From the NCBI GenBank assembly GCA_018398765.1, contig JAHBMJ010000124.1, positions 62,001-126,000 on the forward strand: 64,000 bases of DNA. Reading direction: 5' to 3'. Positions 47,902 to 60,273 of the stretch are shown one piece after another. The notes beneath the pieces are model-generated. The model was given only the letters and a program-made list of their open reading frames with translations, had not been told where the DNA came from and made no database searches. Made by a program: the position numbers and the translations under genes. Source of the stretch: Chromera velia (lineage: Eukaryota). How positions within the stretch are numbered: position 1 is the first letter of the stretch; each line of letters begins with the position of its first letter.

Positions 47902-50385
47902 TGTTAATGTAGAGAGGTTTAACTTCAGAAAGAAGTCTCAGACAACAGTTGCTTGAAGCAGTATAGCTTCCTTCTCCTGCGAAGCAGCTAGGCTTCCTTC
48001 ACGTCTACTCACTGAAGCAACTGGGCTTCCTACCTACTCCCTATAAATGGAGATCTGATCATACACAGCATCACCATATAGGTATGTTTATGCATCCGCT
48101 CTCTTTTGTAATCGGTTCTGCTAGATTGAGCAGTTTCTCACTCTTTGTTCTTATATATACTTCGAGCCTTGACACTGCATACAATGATACAAACATGCAC
48201 GCACATGCATACACGCAATACGATGGGCGCTCGCGGCGGCCCGCCTCGCGCGTGCGTCTGTACGTCGACGCCGCCTGATGGTGCTTTGCATGACTGCATC
48301 ATAATACTGCCCATCACACTCACCATCACCCCCCGAGTTCACTCCTTCACAGAGATAAACTGAGTGAACGAGTACTTTATCTATCAACATGAAAGATCTG
48401 AGTTATTCACTCACTTTCCCTCGTATGACCTGATGGCTTCATCGGATAGTCAACTAGCTATCTGATGTGCGAATCAGATCCGTACAATTCAGAAAAGAGG
48501 AAATCAATCACGGCGAGCACCCACAGATTTGAGTGAGTGAGTAACAAACCATAGAAAATGGATATCATTGAAAAGACAACTTGAACAGTACATGAGACAC
48601 ATTACACAAAATGAAACTCTTTATCAACACCCCCCATTCCGGCCTCTCTTGACTCTTCAGAAGTACGTTGTGTCAGAGTCGTATGAGTCATCTGTGAAGG
48701 CGTCGGAATCTGAGTCTTCCACCCTGCGAAGCGCAGCTGCAGCATTCTCCTTCTTCTTTGACTTCTGAGCAGGTGTGTGTCCTGCAGTTGACGCTCTGGC
48801 TGCACTTGCACTCTCCTTCTCTTTTTTGTCTGCCTTTCTCTTCTCAAAGAGGGCCTTGACAAACTTCCTGTCCATCTCTTTCTTCTCTGCGATCTCTTCT
48901 TCCGTGAGCATACACTTGTCAGCCCGGTGTCTGAAGATACCGCAAGTGAAGCAAGGGCCAGAACTACCACCCCTGCTAGCACCCCCGGCGAATGTCAGTC
49001 CTTTAGGGCCTCTCCCTTTTCTTTCTGCCCTGCTACCAAACTCATGTCCATCCTGTGTCTGTTTAGAGTCATCACTCTTGGCAATCTGCTGAGCAGTGCC
49101 TAACGACTCGATGTCTCCTCTCAAATCCTCCAAAGTTGGCAGAGTACCCCCCGTTGAATTGTATCTCTCCTTCATCTTGGTGTAGATGACTTCTCTGTGC
49201 TTCTCCTTCAAGCCACGAACGACAAAAAGCAACTGAAAGAAGCTGTCAGGGGTGTAGTTGCTCGACTGTACATCCGCCATGACTTTGTTAAACAACAAGA
49301 GTCTCTTCTGTGGCTCTGACCTTGTTCCCGGCAAAATCGATCAACGCGAAGACAGCAGTTACCAACATGGAGATGGCGTCGTGTCCGAAGTGCTTCTCGA
49401 GTACCACGAGGCCGTCCTTGTACGTCGCACCTGGTTTTTGCAGCGCGTTCTTGACAACGGTGAAGAATTCTGCGTCCTTCATTCCGCACTGCGTCAACGC
49501 TTGCTTCATCTGCAGGTTCCACATCTTCTGTTCAGCAGGGCCGGCTGTGGCTTTATCATATCCAAGTACCAGAGCAGTCGACTCTTGGTGAATATCGAAA
49601 GAAAAACGAAAGTGTTCCAGTGCTCTCTGGTTCTCTTTCTTTTGGTCTTCTGCCTTTAGATCCCTGGAAAACTCTGGAGGCTTCAGATCCCATCTTCCCG
49701 CAATCTGCATCTTCTTCCTCCCTGCAGCTGCAGTGGGAGAATCTGCTCCAGTTCTTCCTGTCTGCTGTGGAGTTGACAGTACAGCCTGTGCAGACATCGT
49801 ATTCCTTTACAAGTAACAGTTGTTCGTATTCGAAAAGAAACGTTTCTCCATAATGCTCTACACCGTCTATACGACTCAATGCCACAGAACGAACAGCGTC
49901 TGTCTCAATTCGTCTACCTCTCTGCAGTTATCTACTCGAAGGCCCACCTGAAAGGGCACCAATGTTAATGTAGAGAGGTTTAACTTCAGAAAGAAGTCTC
50001 AGACAACAGTTGCTTGAAGCAGTATAGCTTCCTTCTCCTGCGAAGCAGCTAGGCTTCCTTCATGTCTACTCACTGAAGCAACTGGGCTTCCTACCTACTC
50101 CCTATAAATGGAGATCTGATCATACACAGCATCACCATATAGGTATGTTTATGCATCCGCTCTCTTTTGTAATCGGTTCTGCTAGATTGAGCAGTTTCTC
50201 ACTCTTTGTTCTTATATATACTTCGAGCCTTGACACTGCATACAATGATACAAACATGCACGCACATGCATACACGCAATACGATGGGCGCTCGCGGCGG
50301 CCCGCCTCGCGCGTGCGTCTGTACGTCGACGCCGCCTGATGGTGCTTTGCATGACTGCACCATAATACCGCCCATCACACTCACA
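47902..50385 (-). mobile_element. Non-autonomous (gag-only) LTR retrotransposon
   Basis: 423-bp LTRs at 47902-48324 and 49963-50385, 5-bp TSD ATAAC, outer termini TG...CA. PBS-like TGGTGCCC next to the 5' LTR and a G run before the 3' LTR. Confidence 0.95.
48657..49797 (-). pseudogene. gag: Retrotransposon Gag with CCHC zinc knuckle, frameshifted by a 4-bp insertion
   Basis: CFTCGIFRHRADKC fits CX2CX4HX4C. Deleting 49337-49340 fuses ORFs 49288-49797 and 48657-49334. Confidence 0.85.
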
Positions 50386-52332
50386 ATAACCTAGTTTTCA
50401 TGGAAAAAACGTGCAGAAACCGCCAAAAACCTGTAAAAACCGCATCTTCGACAGCCCTTGGCCGCTGTTGATGAAGACTAAAACCATCTTCGGCGGTTTT
50501 CGATCAAATGTACCTTAGTGTATGGGAGGTTTTCTATACGTTCACCTCCCTCCCCCCTCCTCTTCATTCCTTTCCTTTCCTCAGACCCAGCCTAGGACTC
50601 GGTGTTCTCCTTCTCATCAGACTCATGGGCAACATCAGTCATCGTAGTCTGACGTGGATCAGTCAGATGATTGTTCAGACAGTGAAGAACAAACTTCTTA
50701 GACTTCAGAATGTTTGTTTCGGTCATCCACATGAGGAACTCAGTCTTTTTTTTTCTGGTAACCACACAAGGGGCACACTCAATTTCGATCCGCACATAGC
50801 CCGGCTTCTGAGACTTGCCGTCAGTCGCTTCATCATGAAACAAACACCTTTTCTGATCAGTACTTATAAGTTTCACTTTGGTTTTTCAAGGTTTTTTTAA
50901 GTTTTCTCAGGTTTTGCTATAAGTTTTGTAACGCCGTCTTTAATAATTTGAAACTTAAAGTGGCACTTTCATAAAAACCACTATAAATTTAAATGAATCG
51001 TTCCTAGCATAGTAAGTATCTATATATGGTTCTTTAGAGAAAAGAACCATTTTGGACATACTTTTAGAGTGTTAGATCCTTTCGATTTCTAGAGGGGGGG
51101 GGGGTTAAAAATATTTTTTTTTTATTTTTTTTTTTTAGTGATATACCCTAGGCATGCGGCCGTTATAGCTCCGTACAGGTTGTTTGAGGGACACATTTTA
51201 GAATTGGGGCGACACCGACCGACCGTGATAAACAGATCGACAGAGACAGAACTGAATCAACCCCCCCCCCAAAAAAGAAAAAATGTATTATGCGAGTGCG
51301 TACGATCTCAGAGCCTCTTGGATAATCTCAGCAGAGCTGAGCTGCCCCCCGAGGCGATGCATAGCCGGGTGACAGCTAGCTATTAATATACGGGATATAC
51401 CTAACCAGTTGGGTGAGTGCCTCAGGAGGCTTTTTAGGGGGTCCGCTTATATTTGATTGGTACACACCATCGGGGGCTTAGGCATGTCTTGTGTGCTGCC
51501 ATAGGGCGGGGGCTGTGGCAACACGCATGAAGTATATGCTTTTCGGGACCTCGCACATCGTATATATGCATGTACAACTCCATGTGAGTTACACTTGAGG
51601 GGCATGCATGCGCAAAGTAAGTAAGGCACGCGCGATCACGGCTCCATGCGAGTTGCTTGAGGGGCACATTTTGGAATTTGTGTGACACCGTGACGGATGG
51701 ACAGAGACAGAACCGATCTCCCCCCCCCAAAATGAAAAAATGCGTTATGCGAGTGCGTGCGATCTCAGGGCCTCTCGACTGATCTCAGCAGAGCTGAGCT
51801 GCCCCCCGAGGCGATAGCTAGCTAGGGGTGCATGGACTTAGCCGATTATTTTAGCCGATTTTTGGAATAGCTCGGCCCGCGCGGCTCATGCATGCAAGGG
51901 GCTTATTTCACGTGCCCAACCCCACCCATGCATGCACTTTTACTGTCTCTATCCTTACAGTGTGTGGACCTTACTTTCTCTTCTTGACGCAATCGCACAC
52001 AAAGGAAGGGATTTGAAAGTTTGACCGCCTTACATTCTTTTGTAATCCTGAGAACACCCCGTCGTCTGTCTAGAGCACGTCTCAGGGTCAGTTCTTCGTG
52101 TTGCTTCCACATCTGGGCCACCGAGGAAGCCGCTGCCCGTCTCTCTCAGTACGGAGGGTCCCCTTTCGTCATCGGAGGCATGAAGCAGGTCCCTGTGGAA
52201 TCGACAGACACAACGGAGCGTGCTTCCTGGCTACCGGCACCGGTAAGCAGCCTTCGTCCTCCTACCTTCACACACGTATTCTCCCTTTCTATATATATTC
52301 GCAATTTGAACGAAAAGGGTAGTGTTGAGATC

Positions 52333-53181
52333 ATGGGTAACGTACTGGCCAAGAAGCACTCCAACACACCCTCTTCAGAGGAGACGTGGACGTTACGTGA
52401 GATGGAGGTTCCAGCAGGAGAGATCACGATATACAAGGCTGTGGGTGAGGAGCTTTCCCTGGCTGAGTACAATGCAGCAACCAGGTCCAACTTTCAATCT
52501 GATGGAGACGAAGATTGGGATCGGGACTGGAGTGCGATGTACACCCAATTCCAGAAGTCCCACTGCCTCGGTACAGTCTGGTACAGGTGGGAGGACGAGA
52601 GGCCCTGTGGAGAGGGGGTGCACGAGGAGGCGCGGCTGATGCAGGTGACGTTCAGAGTTCCTATCAAGGTTGTCATCTGCAGCGGGCCTGTATTCTATCG
52701 GGGAGACGTAGACGGTGCAACGAAAGCCAACATAGTCAAAGAACGGCTGCGTCTGGGTCTGGAAAGTGGATGGACTGCCCTTGCCCTTCGGACATGGACT
52801 GCCGTGTGCCGTTGGTTCAGGTGGGTTACTGGTCTTGGTCAGTCATTGACACCCGCTGCCACAGAGGATCTTGGGTTGATGCAGGCGCTTGGAGAACAGG
52901 GGAAGGCTTTGATCATGCAGGAGACGGAGACAGAGTGGGAGCTTGTGTTTTCCCATCAACACCTGGCGAGTCTCTTACGTGATTCGGAAGCATTCGATGA
53001 AGAGTGCGTGGTGTCTTTCTTCAAGCACCCGAAATGGCCTGCAACCTCTCATTGGGCAATTGGAGGAAGGGATGAGGAAGGCAACTGGAAAGGGGGCGAG
53101 AAGAAACGCTATGGGTCAGACACAGAGGTGTTGGACGAAATCGGAGATTCTGAAACTCCAGGGTGGTGTTGGTGTTCTTGA
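52333..53181 (+). CDS. Hypothetical protein, ~282 aa, Trp-rich, N-terminal MG and C-terminal CWCS
   Basis: Long open frame with protein-like composition. The ATG at 52333 was chosen; an upstream exon is possible. Confidence 0.7.
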   Translation: MGNVLAKKHSNTPSSEETWTLREMEVPAGEITIYKAVGEELSLAEYNAATRSNFQSDGDEDWDRDWSAMYTQFQKSHCLGTVWYRWEDERPCGEGVHEEARLMQVTFRVPIKVVICSGPVFYRGDVDGATKANIVKERLRLGLESGWTALALRTWTAVCRWFRWVTGLGQSLTPAATEDLGLMQALGEQGKALIMQETETEWELVFSHQHLASLLRDSEAFDEECVVSFFKHPKWPATSHWAIGGRDEEGNWKGGEKKRYGSDTEVLDEIGDSETPGWCWCS

Positions 53182-54522
53182 CCGCTGCTGCACGAAAATC
53201 CAAGAGTTGGCAGATCTTCAGGTTACACAAATGACCCTTTTTCATCGGCGCGAATTTCTTTCCTTCAGTGTATTGAGCAGCTCTCACGATGTCATTGACT
53301 CGACTGACTCGCCCGGGGCCTGAGGATTATGGAGTCCTTCTTCAAGCTTTATGTATTCCGCGTTGAATGTGGCTTTCAGTGTGATCTAATCGAGTAGAAA
53401 CCAGAAATAAACTAAGCAACCTGGTAGCTGGAAAGAAATTGAAGCAAACCATTCAGAGAGGGGGGACAGAAGGATCGAATGCAGCTGAGAATAAGGCAAG
53501 GAACGTGCTGCTTTCGCGATTACAAGTCGATCCTCATGAAACATGCAGAGTCATTTGCGCCGGCGATCTTTGTTACTCGATCACTGTGCCTCCTCCTTTA
53601 TAACCGCGATGATGCGGCGCGATCTTCTTTTCTTGTTCTCTTCCCATATTCAACGCGCATACCTACGCATACCGCACACAAGCTCATTACACGTGCATTT
53701 TAGGGGATTTCGCGGTTAGCATTGCCTCTATGGTTGAGTGATTGACGATTTCTTGCATGAACGTGGGCTGCTGGGAGCACGGCTTCACACGAGTAGGAAA
53801 GCCAACCTTTGATTCATTCATTCAATTGATTATTGCCAAGTTGCTAACCACGTTGAAGTAATTTAAATTTTTGTTTTATTTTTATTTTTGAAAACATGTT
53901 TTTCAAATAATTTTAAAACTATAGCTTTAAAATTTTGAATTGAAAACTTTTTAAAATCGGGATTAAAGTGCCAGACACTGGCAGACAGTGTTAGTTCAAG
54001 TGGATTAAAGTTAAAAATAATTGTGCTTTTTATTAATTTGACTCAGTTTATGTTTAACCTTTAATGCATGTATATTAGAGTATCATATTTAAAAAAAAAA
54101 AAGACTTTAGCTAAGTTAGCTAAGTTAGCTTTAAACTGAGTTTTCCTCAAAACTTTACCTCGAATGAAAGTTGCTAATCTGGTTTTTTCTAATAACGTAC
54201 ATTGTTTCAGTAATTATACTATAGTGGCACTAAGTATACATGCATATATATAGTATTTCTAATAAATTAAAGCTGTCATGGTTCGGTATATCCTAGGGTA
54301 TATCTCGACAAGGGTCATTCTTAGGGCTATCCTCTAGGCCATCCTCCTCTCTGCTAGCCTCTCTGTTGAGACAGAACAAGGACTGTAGCTGACTGCACGG
54401 TGCCAGTGCATTCTGATACATTTTGGTATTGTACATGCAAGCATTCGAGTCTAGGCAGACAGATAGATAAACGAGCTTGCAAGAAAAGGACAATCAAGAG
54501 CAGCAGCCACTACATCACTGCA

Positions 54523-54661
54523 TGGCAATCGAGGTACCCGGCAAGGAAGTCAATCCAGCTTCTCTATCCCGAATCGAGTGCGTGTGCAGCAAGCAATCGA
54601 GGTACCCGGCAAGGCAGTCAATGCAGCTTCTCTCGAATCGAGTGCGTGTGCAGCAAGCAAC
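54523..54661. repeat. ~68-bp tandem duplication
   Basis: gcaatcgaggtacccggcaagg.agtcaat.cagcttctct..cgaatcgagtgcgtgtgcagcaagcaa occurs twice. Confidence 0.9.
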
Positions 54662-56124
54662 CCATTTAGGGAACCTGCGCGCACCCTGTCAGTCGATCGA
54701 GCTTAATTCGAGCCGTCAATCGACTCGCCCCCTCGGTTCGAAGCTTTTTCGTTAGATTCAGAAGCGTTAAAAGAAAGACGGTGCATAAGCCCCCACTGGC
54801 CGTCGACCTCTCTCACAAAGTTAGTCCCCCCAGCGATCCATCCATCACTTGGTTTACTCACGTATGCTCTCATTCATGCACAAGCAAACTTGGATCCGAC
54901 TCCATGACAGGCGGTGCTTGAATTGAATTATGTGAATGATTGGCGCACGCAAACGACGACAGGCCACTTCGAAGACAATGCACGCACCCTTTCCCTTCCG
55001 CTTCAACGAAGGTCTCCTTTTTCGATATGCCCACAGCATCCCTACCCCCCCTCCTCTTAAAAAAATTCCTCCAAGCCAGACAGGCCTATCGATCCCACTG
55101 CCTGCAGCCTCTCTCCATCTGTCCTCCAAATCAAAAGATACAGCTGGATGAACACGCACGTGTCTGAATTAATCCGTGAGGGGGGGTACAGGTCCTGTCA
55201 GAAAAGCTGTGATTTTACACGGGCTCCCAAGGGAAAATCTCTATTGAATTCGGTCAATAAGAGAAAAGCAGGCGGCGAGAGGCCCGACATGATGCGGACT
55301 GAAACGCATGCATTCAGGTCAGTCACCAGCAAGCGAGGAGAAAACCAAACGTGCAGACAGACAAATCTGAGAGTCATAAATAAAGGAAAAAACCACACCC
55401 TCCCTCAATCCCCTCCCCCCCCCCTGCATTCCCTTCTCTCTCTAGAATCGGAAGAAAAGAGAGACGCCCAAAACCTCAGCGAGACGATTTGGCCTGCCTC
55501 AGATTTGAGCGCTGCCTCCCTCTTGCGATTCCACTTCAACCAAAAAACAACAGGCAGTAATAAAAGATCAAATACTGCATGGCTGTCACGCACATTGCAA
55601 GCCTCCTGAGTAAATTCAGGAGACGGTCAGGAAAGATCTGACCACTGTTTCTTCTGTAAAGTCTTCATGGTCATCTAACGGTCTTTCCTCTTCTTCTCGA
55701 TCCTTCGATCCTTTCTGTATTCTTCCAACCACCAACGCTCGCACGCAGGCTTTTGCCTCAATTCTTTCGCGCGATGGTCTTTAGAAACTTATGTACTACT
55801 CTCTCCCTCTCTTTCTCTTCCCCTCGCTTCCTGATTTTTTCTCGAAAGCGATGAGAGAAAAACAAACCTTTAAAATGTTTCAGGCTGATCCTTTCTCGTT
55901 TTCAACTACCGCCCGCATTTACTTTCCCCATTCCCTTCCCTATCCTTCTCTTCCCTGGCCACTCTCGCCCCTCCCGTGCCGCAGCGCATTTGCGCGTACA
56001 CGTCAGAAGAGTGATTTATAAAAATTTCCCCCTTTCTTCTTCTTTTACTCGCTTTCTACCTACAGACTCTCCATCTGATCTGATGCATTGAAAAACACGC
56101 TCTCCGCTCCTGTCTAGTATCAGG

Positions 56125-59100
56125 TCAGTCCTGCTCCTCCATCTCGTCCATCTGCCTCTCAAAATCTTCGAGGTCCGACGCGCCCTCATCCATCCCTGCG
56201 GGGCGATCAACAGCCGCTGCCCCTCCCTGCTCGGCAGACGGCCACCTGTGACTCCGTGCACGTCCTGCAGCTGGACGTGGCGGTGCCGCGGGAAGGGTAG
56301 ACGGAGGAGGAGGCCTGAGAGGGGTAGAGGCCCCGAGGGTCTCCCACCCAGAGTCGACGCCCGACTGTGCGATTGCGTACGTCCTCCCCCCTGTGCCTTC
56401 CTCCATATCGATCGGCCTAGGCACCCTCAGGTGTCTGGGTACAGTGTCTGCTGTGGCCTCAGAAGAAGGGGGATACACTGGGGGACGGGAGGGACCGGCT
56501 GCAGGAAGGACAATCAAGGGGGGCAAGGGGGGAAACACGCGGCAGGCAGTTATGCATCCTGAATATGTGTGTGTGTNGCGAGTGAGTGAGCGAGAGAGAG
56601 AGAGAGAGAGAGAAGAGCCGGCTTTGCTTTGTTTCTGCCATTTGCAATTATTGCCAGCACACAAATACGAAGCAGCCTCGCACAAAATCAACAATAACAA
56701 ACTGAAGAGAACCAAAAGAAATTTAAACCTTTCCGTTCTCTCACGGTCTACCTAGCTGTCTTTTAATTGTGCCTGTCAACAAACGAACCTGCAGATCCTC
56801 TGGGTGGGGGTGAGGAGAAGGAGTCCCTCTGGTACCCTGTTTGTTCCCATTCTGGTTCGTCCATGCTCTGTCTGGATGGCCGGGCGGGGTTCGGCATCTG
56901 TCGTGCTGCAGGACGTACATTGGCAATTCCAAAGGAGATCCCACTGAAGTTATTCGCTTGGGGCTTCAGGGACTTGGCAGGAGAGTAATCGTCATTCCCG
57001 GCGTCTCCGAGATCCGATGCCCCCCCCCAGCCTTCGGATTGAGAAGACTTCCCAGGGGCAAATCCGACGTGTCGATTCCTGCCGCCCTGATGCGGCGCTC
57101 CGTGGTCCTTCACAGCTGACTTGGTCACAGCTGCACCGTGTGTGTAGGTGTCTTCTGCTACTCGACTGCCCTGTCGGCTGTTCACGCGATATCTCAGAGA
57201 GCTGGCAGCAGCGGGAGGAGCAGGAGGAGGAGAAGGTGTCTGGCCGGGAGGGAGGCCGAAGATACTTCTGATTCCTCTGGGGCCATAGACTCTGCCGTTT
57301 TCCTCTCCTTGATCTGAGTAGCCGTCTCCTTCATCCTCGTAGTCTCTGTCGGAACTTTCGCGTTCGACCTCCTTCTCCAAATTGGAGAGAGACAAAGACG
57401 AGGCTCCCCTGAAACTCCGCATTGATTTGGCCTTCTCGGGGCTGAAAGTATTCATCTGGTTCTCGTCCCACTCGGGTGGGGGCTCGTTTCCGGATCTTCC
57501 TCTGCTTCTCCTCTCTGTGAGGACGCGCTTGGCTACAAAGTCGCGATGGTGTTTGATGGCGCCCCCGATGGTGTTTTGAGCAGCCAGAGAGAGAGGAGCT
57601 GCAGAGAGAGTTGAAAGGGCGGGGATGGGAGTATGACGAAAGCTTGAAAAAAACCTGGAGAAACAAGAAAAATATAAGAAAAATGGGCACATTTCGCAAA
57701 AAATAACCCGAAAAGGATGAATCCCTGTTGGTAGAGCACGCGGGCACACACCTGTCTCCCTGCGTTATATCTTCTTTCTCTGCCTTCATGTGTTCCTACT
57801 GAGTCAAATCAGATGATCTCAAGCTCGGCATGAATGTGTTCAGAGAAGTCAACAGAGATTGGAGCAAAGAAAGAAATGAATAAACAAACTTCTACAGCTC
57901 TCGACTGACTGCTTGAGTCCTCCCTTCGGATCCAACAGAGTCTCTTCAGACTTCCCGTGTTCAGAGCTTCGACAGAGATCAACCGAAGCGCGTCCAGGAG
58001 CTGTAGGGAAACAGGCAGGCAGGCAGGCGAAAATGAATATTCACATGTGAACGCTTGCTTGATGTGCATGCCCCAAAATCTGGATTTTAATGCTCACACA
58101 CATGCTTTGTTCAGTGACTCGTTGCTCATGCGTTTGTATGTGTTCTGCTCAACTTTGTTGTGCTAACTTCATGTTCACGTGCTAGGAAGCTTTCTGACTG
58201 TACACGACACAGTCAGTGTGTACTGACTGCCTAACTGACTGAAATTTGACCGACCTACCATATGTCTATCCATCGCATTGAGGTTCCAGATGAACCTTTC
58301 GAGAGAGGCCTCGTCCAGACAGGCCGCGTGGGAGACGTAATCGTTGAACAATTTGGCGATCGTGATCACCTTCAGCTCCCCGTACCCGGGTCTTCTCATG
58401 GCAAAGAACTGACGCACAGCTTGGAAGTAGGCCAGGCAGCAAGCAGCCATCACGACCAGAAGCACCGCGAAGGTCCAAACCATCATCTCAGTGTCAGGCA
58501 GCTGCGCAAAAGGGAGGGAACAAGCAAAGCAACACAGTGAGGTGAGCCTCAGACCTGGGGGAGATTTGACAGAAAAAATAGTCTGTCGCTTGCAAGACCC
58601 TCAACAAACTGCTGTCCCTCCCTCCTCTCTCTCTCTGGGAGAGAGGGCGGCTTGGAAAGCGAAAGGTGGGGAGCTTCCTCCACTTCGCTTCCTCCACTTC
58701 ACCTCCCCCCGGCCTCTTTGTGTCCCTGCTTTTCGTTAGGTTTTTCTCGTACTGCCCCGACTCTTCCCATCTGTATCTGGCTTTACTTGTTGTGCACGTT
58801 TTTTCCCTGTGCTCCTCATGTAACTTTTGATTCATTCCAGCCTAGGTTTCTATCTGCTCAGCTCTCACTAGTTGATAATTGACTGCATGGTTGACTGACT
58901 GACTGACTGACTGACTGACTGACTGACTGACTGACTGACGTCCTCTACTGGCAGCTGCGTCATTGCGTAGAGGCAGATGCAGAGGAGGCCAGAGAGGAGA
59001 ATCACCTCCAGCCAGTTGTGCATCTTTTGAGGCCCTGCAAATTTCCATCACAAAGGATGGATGGATGGATGGATGGAAGGAAACACCAGTACGTCATCAG

Positions 59101-60241
59101 GCATGGAGGCGGCGCACTGCATTCCATTTGTTCAGGAGATGATGAAAGAAGAAGGTTGGAACTTCAGGGAGTGAGGAGCAGCAGAGATAAGCATACAGAT
59201 AGAACACAGGCCAGACGCGCTAATTGAAATGTGTGACTTATTCAACCAAGCTGTCTGTGACCGTCGGAACGGAAACAGCACATTCCATGAGTACGCAGGA
59301 GCTTGCGCAAAGAAAACAGGGGCACGCAGAATCTTTCTCCACTCAGGTACGAAAACTCAAAACACACACTTGCAGTTTTTTTTTTTCAAAGAAATGTGCT
59401 CTGTCTGCCTGAATGACGATACATATGTGTGTCTTCATGCATACATGTAACGTGTCCCCCTCCCCCTTAGTTTGTGGCTGACTGACAGGGCCAGTATACA
59501 CAGAGGAGGATGAGGGAGAAGAGGCAGACGATGAAGAGGAAGGCCACCTGGAGGTGCTGTTGTCGTGTGACGACTAGACACAGAACCAGCAGGAGACCAC
59601 GGAAACGGGTGGCAAGCTGGTACCACCTGCAGAGAGAAGCAGTGACATCGACAGCACCACGGGCAGAAAGAAAATGACTCGTGGCCTAGAACTGCAAATG
59701 TGGAATGGCAGTGAGCTGATATTATTTCAGTCAGGGACGAAAAGGAAACATAAAAGGGAGAAAAACAAGCAGACATGAAAATGGCCAACGAGCCAGCACG
59801 TACGCCTGGAGGGAGTGGCAGGCTTTTCTGATTCCTTGGCAGTAGCCTGCCTGATTGCCTGACTGACCATCTGTCAGGCCTGAATCTGCTGAATGAGACC
59901 ATGAAGTTGTATCTGATCCTGAAGTCCGGAATGGTGGGATACAACCTGCAGGCATGCGCATCGAATGGCAGGGATTATTGATACTTTACAGACATGCATT
60001 TGAAGCGTTGTGTAGATACATGGTGATCGTGTCAATAGGCATATATCTTCCTTGCTCATGGAATACTGCCGAGCACTGCAGCAGGAAAAACAATAAAACC
60101 ATTCAGATAAAGACGAAGCACTGAGTGGCTGCGCAGATAGAGCTCCCGAGAACAGGCACAAGGGCAACTGGAATGTTCAATTTTTCCCTGTCAACCGAAC
60201 CGAAAAGGCACACAGCCATGCAGCCCATGCATGCAACAAAA

Positions 60242-60273
<32 letters not shown>

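Larger units (their letters stand above)
47638..51151. mobile_element. Internally deleted DNA transposon with CTAGGG termini and a possible BED-finger remnant (50592-50876, minus strand)
   Basis: TIR CTAGGGTATTTCACT/AGTGATATACCCTAG and perfect 8-bp TSD GCATGCGG. The ORF remnant carries CAPC...HCLNNH. Confidence 0.85.
47285..51830. repeat. ~480-bp-period tandem repeat (47285-47637 and 51152-51830) interrupted by a transposon; related motifs at ~1920-2070
   Basis: atctcagcagagc..gagctgccc.cgaggcgat occurs at ~47287, 51325 and 51782. TTGAGGGGCAC-type motifs recur. Confidence 0.75.

Noticed and set aside
54293..54310. Another CTAGGGTAT transposon end
   Set aside because: I found no partner TIR or TSD.
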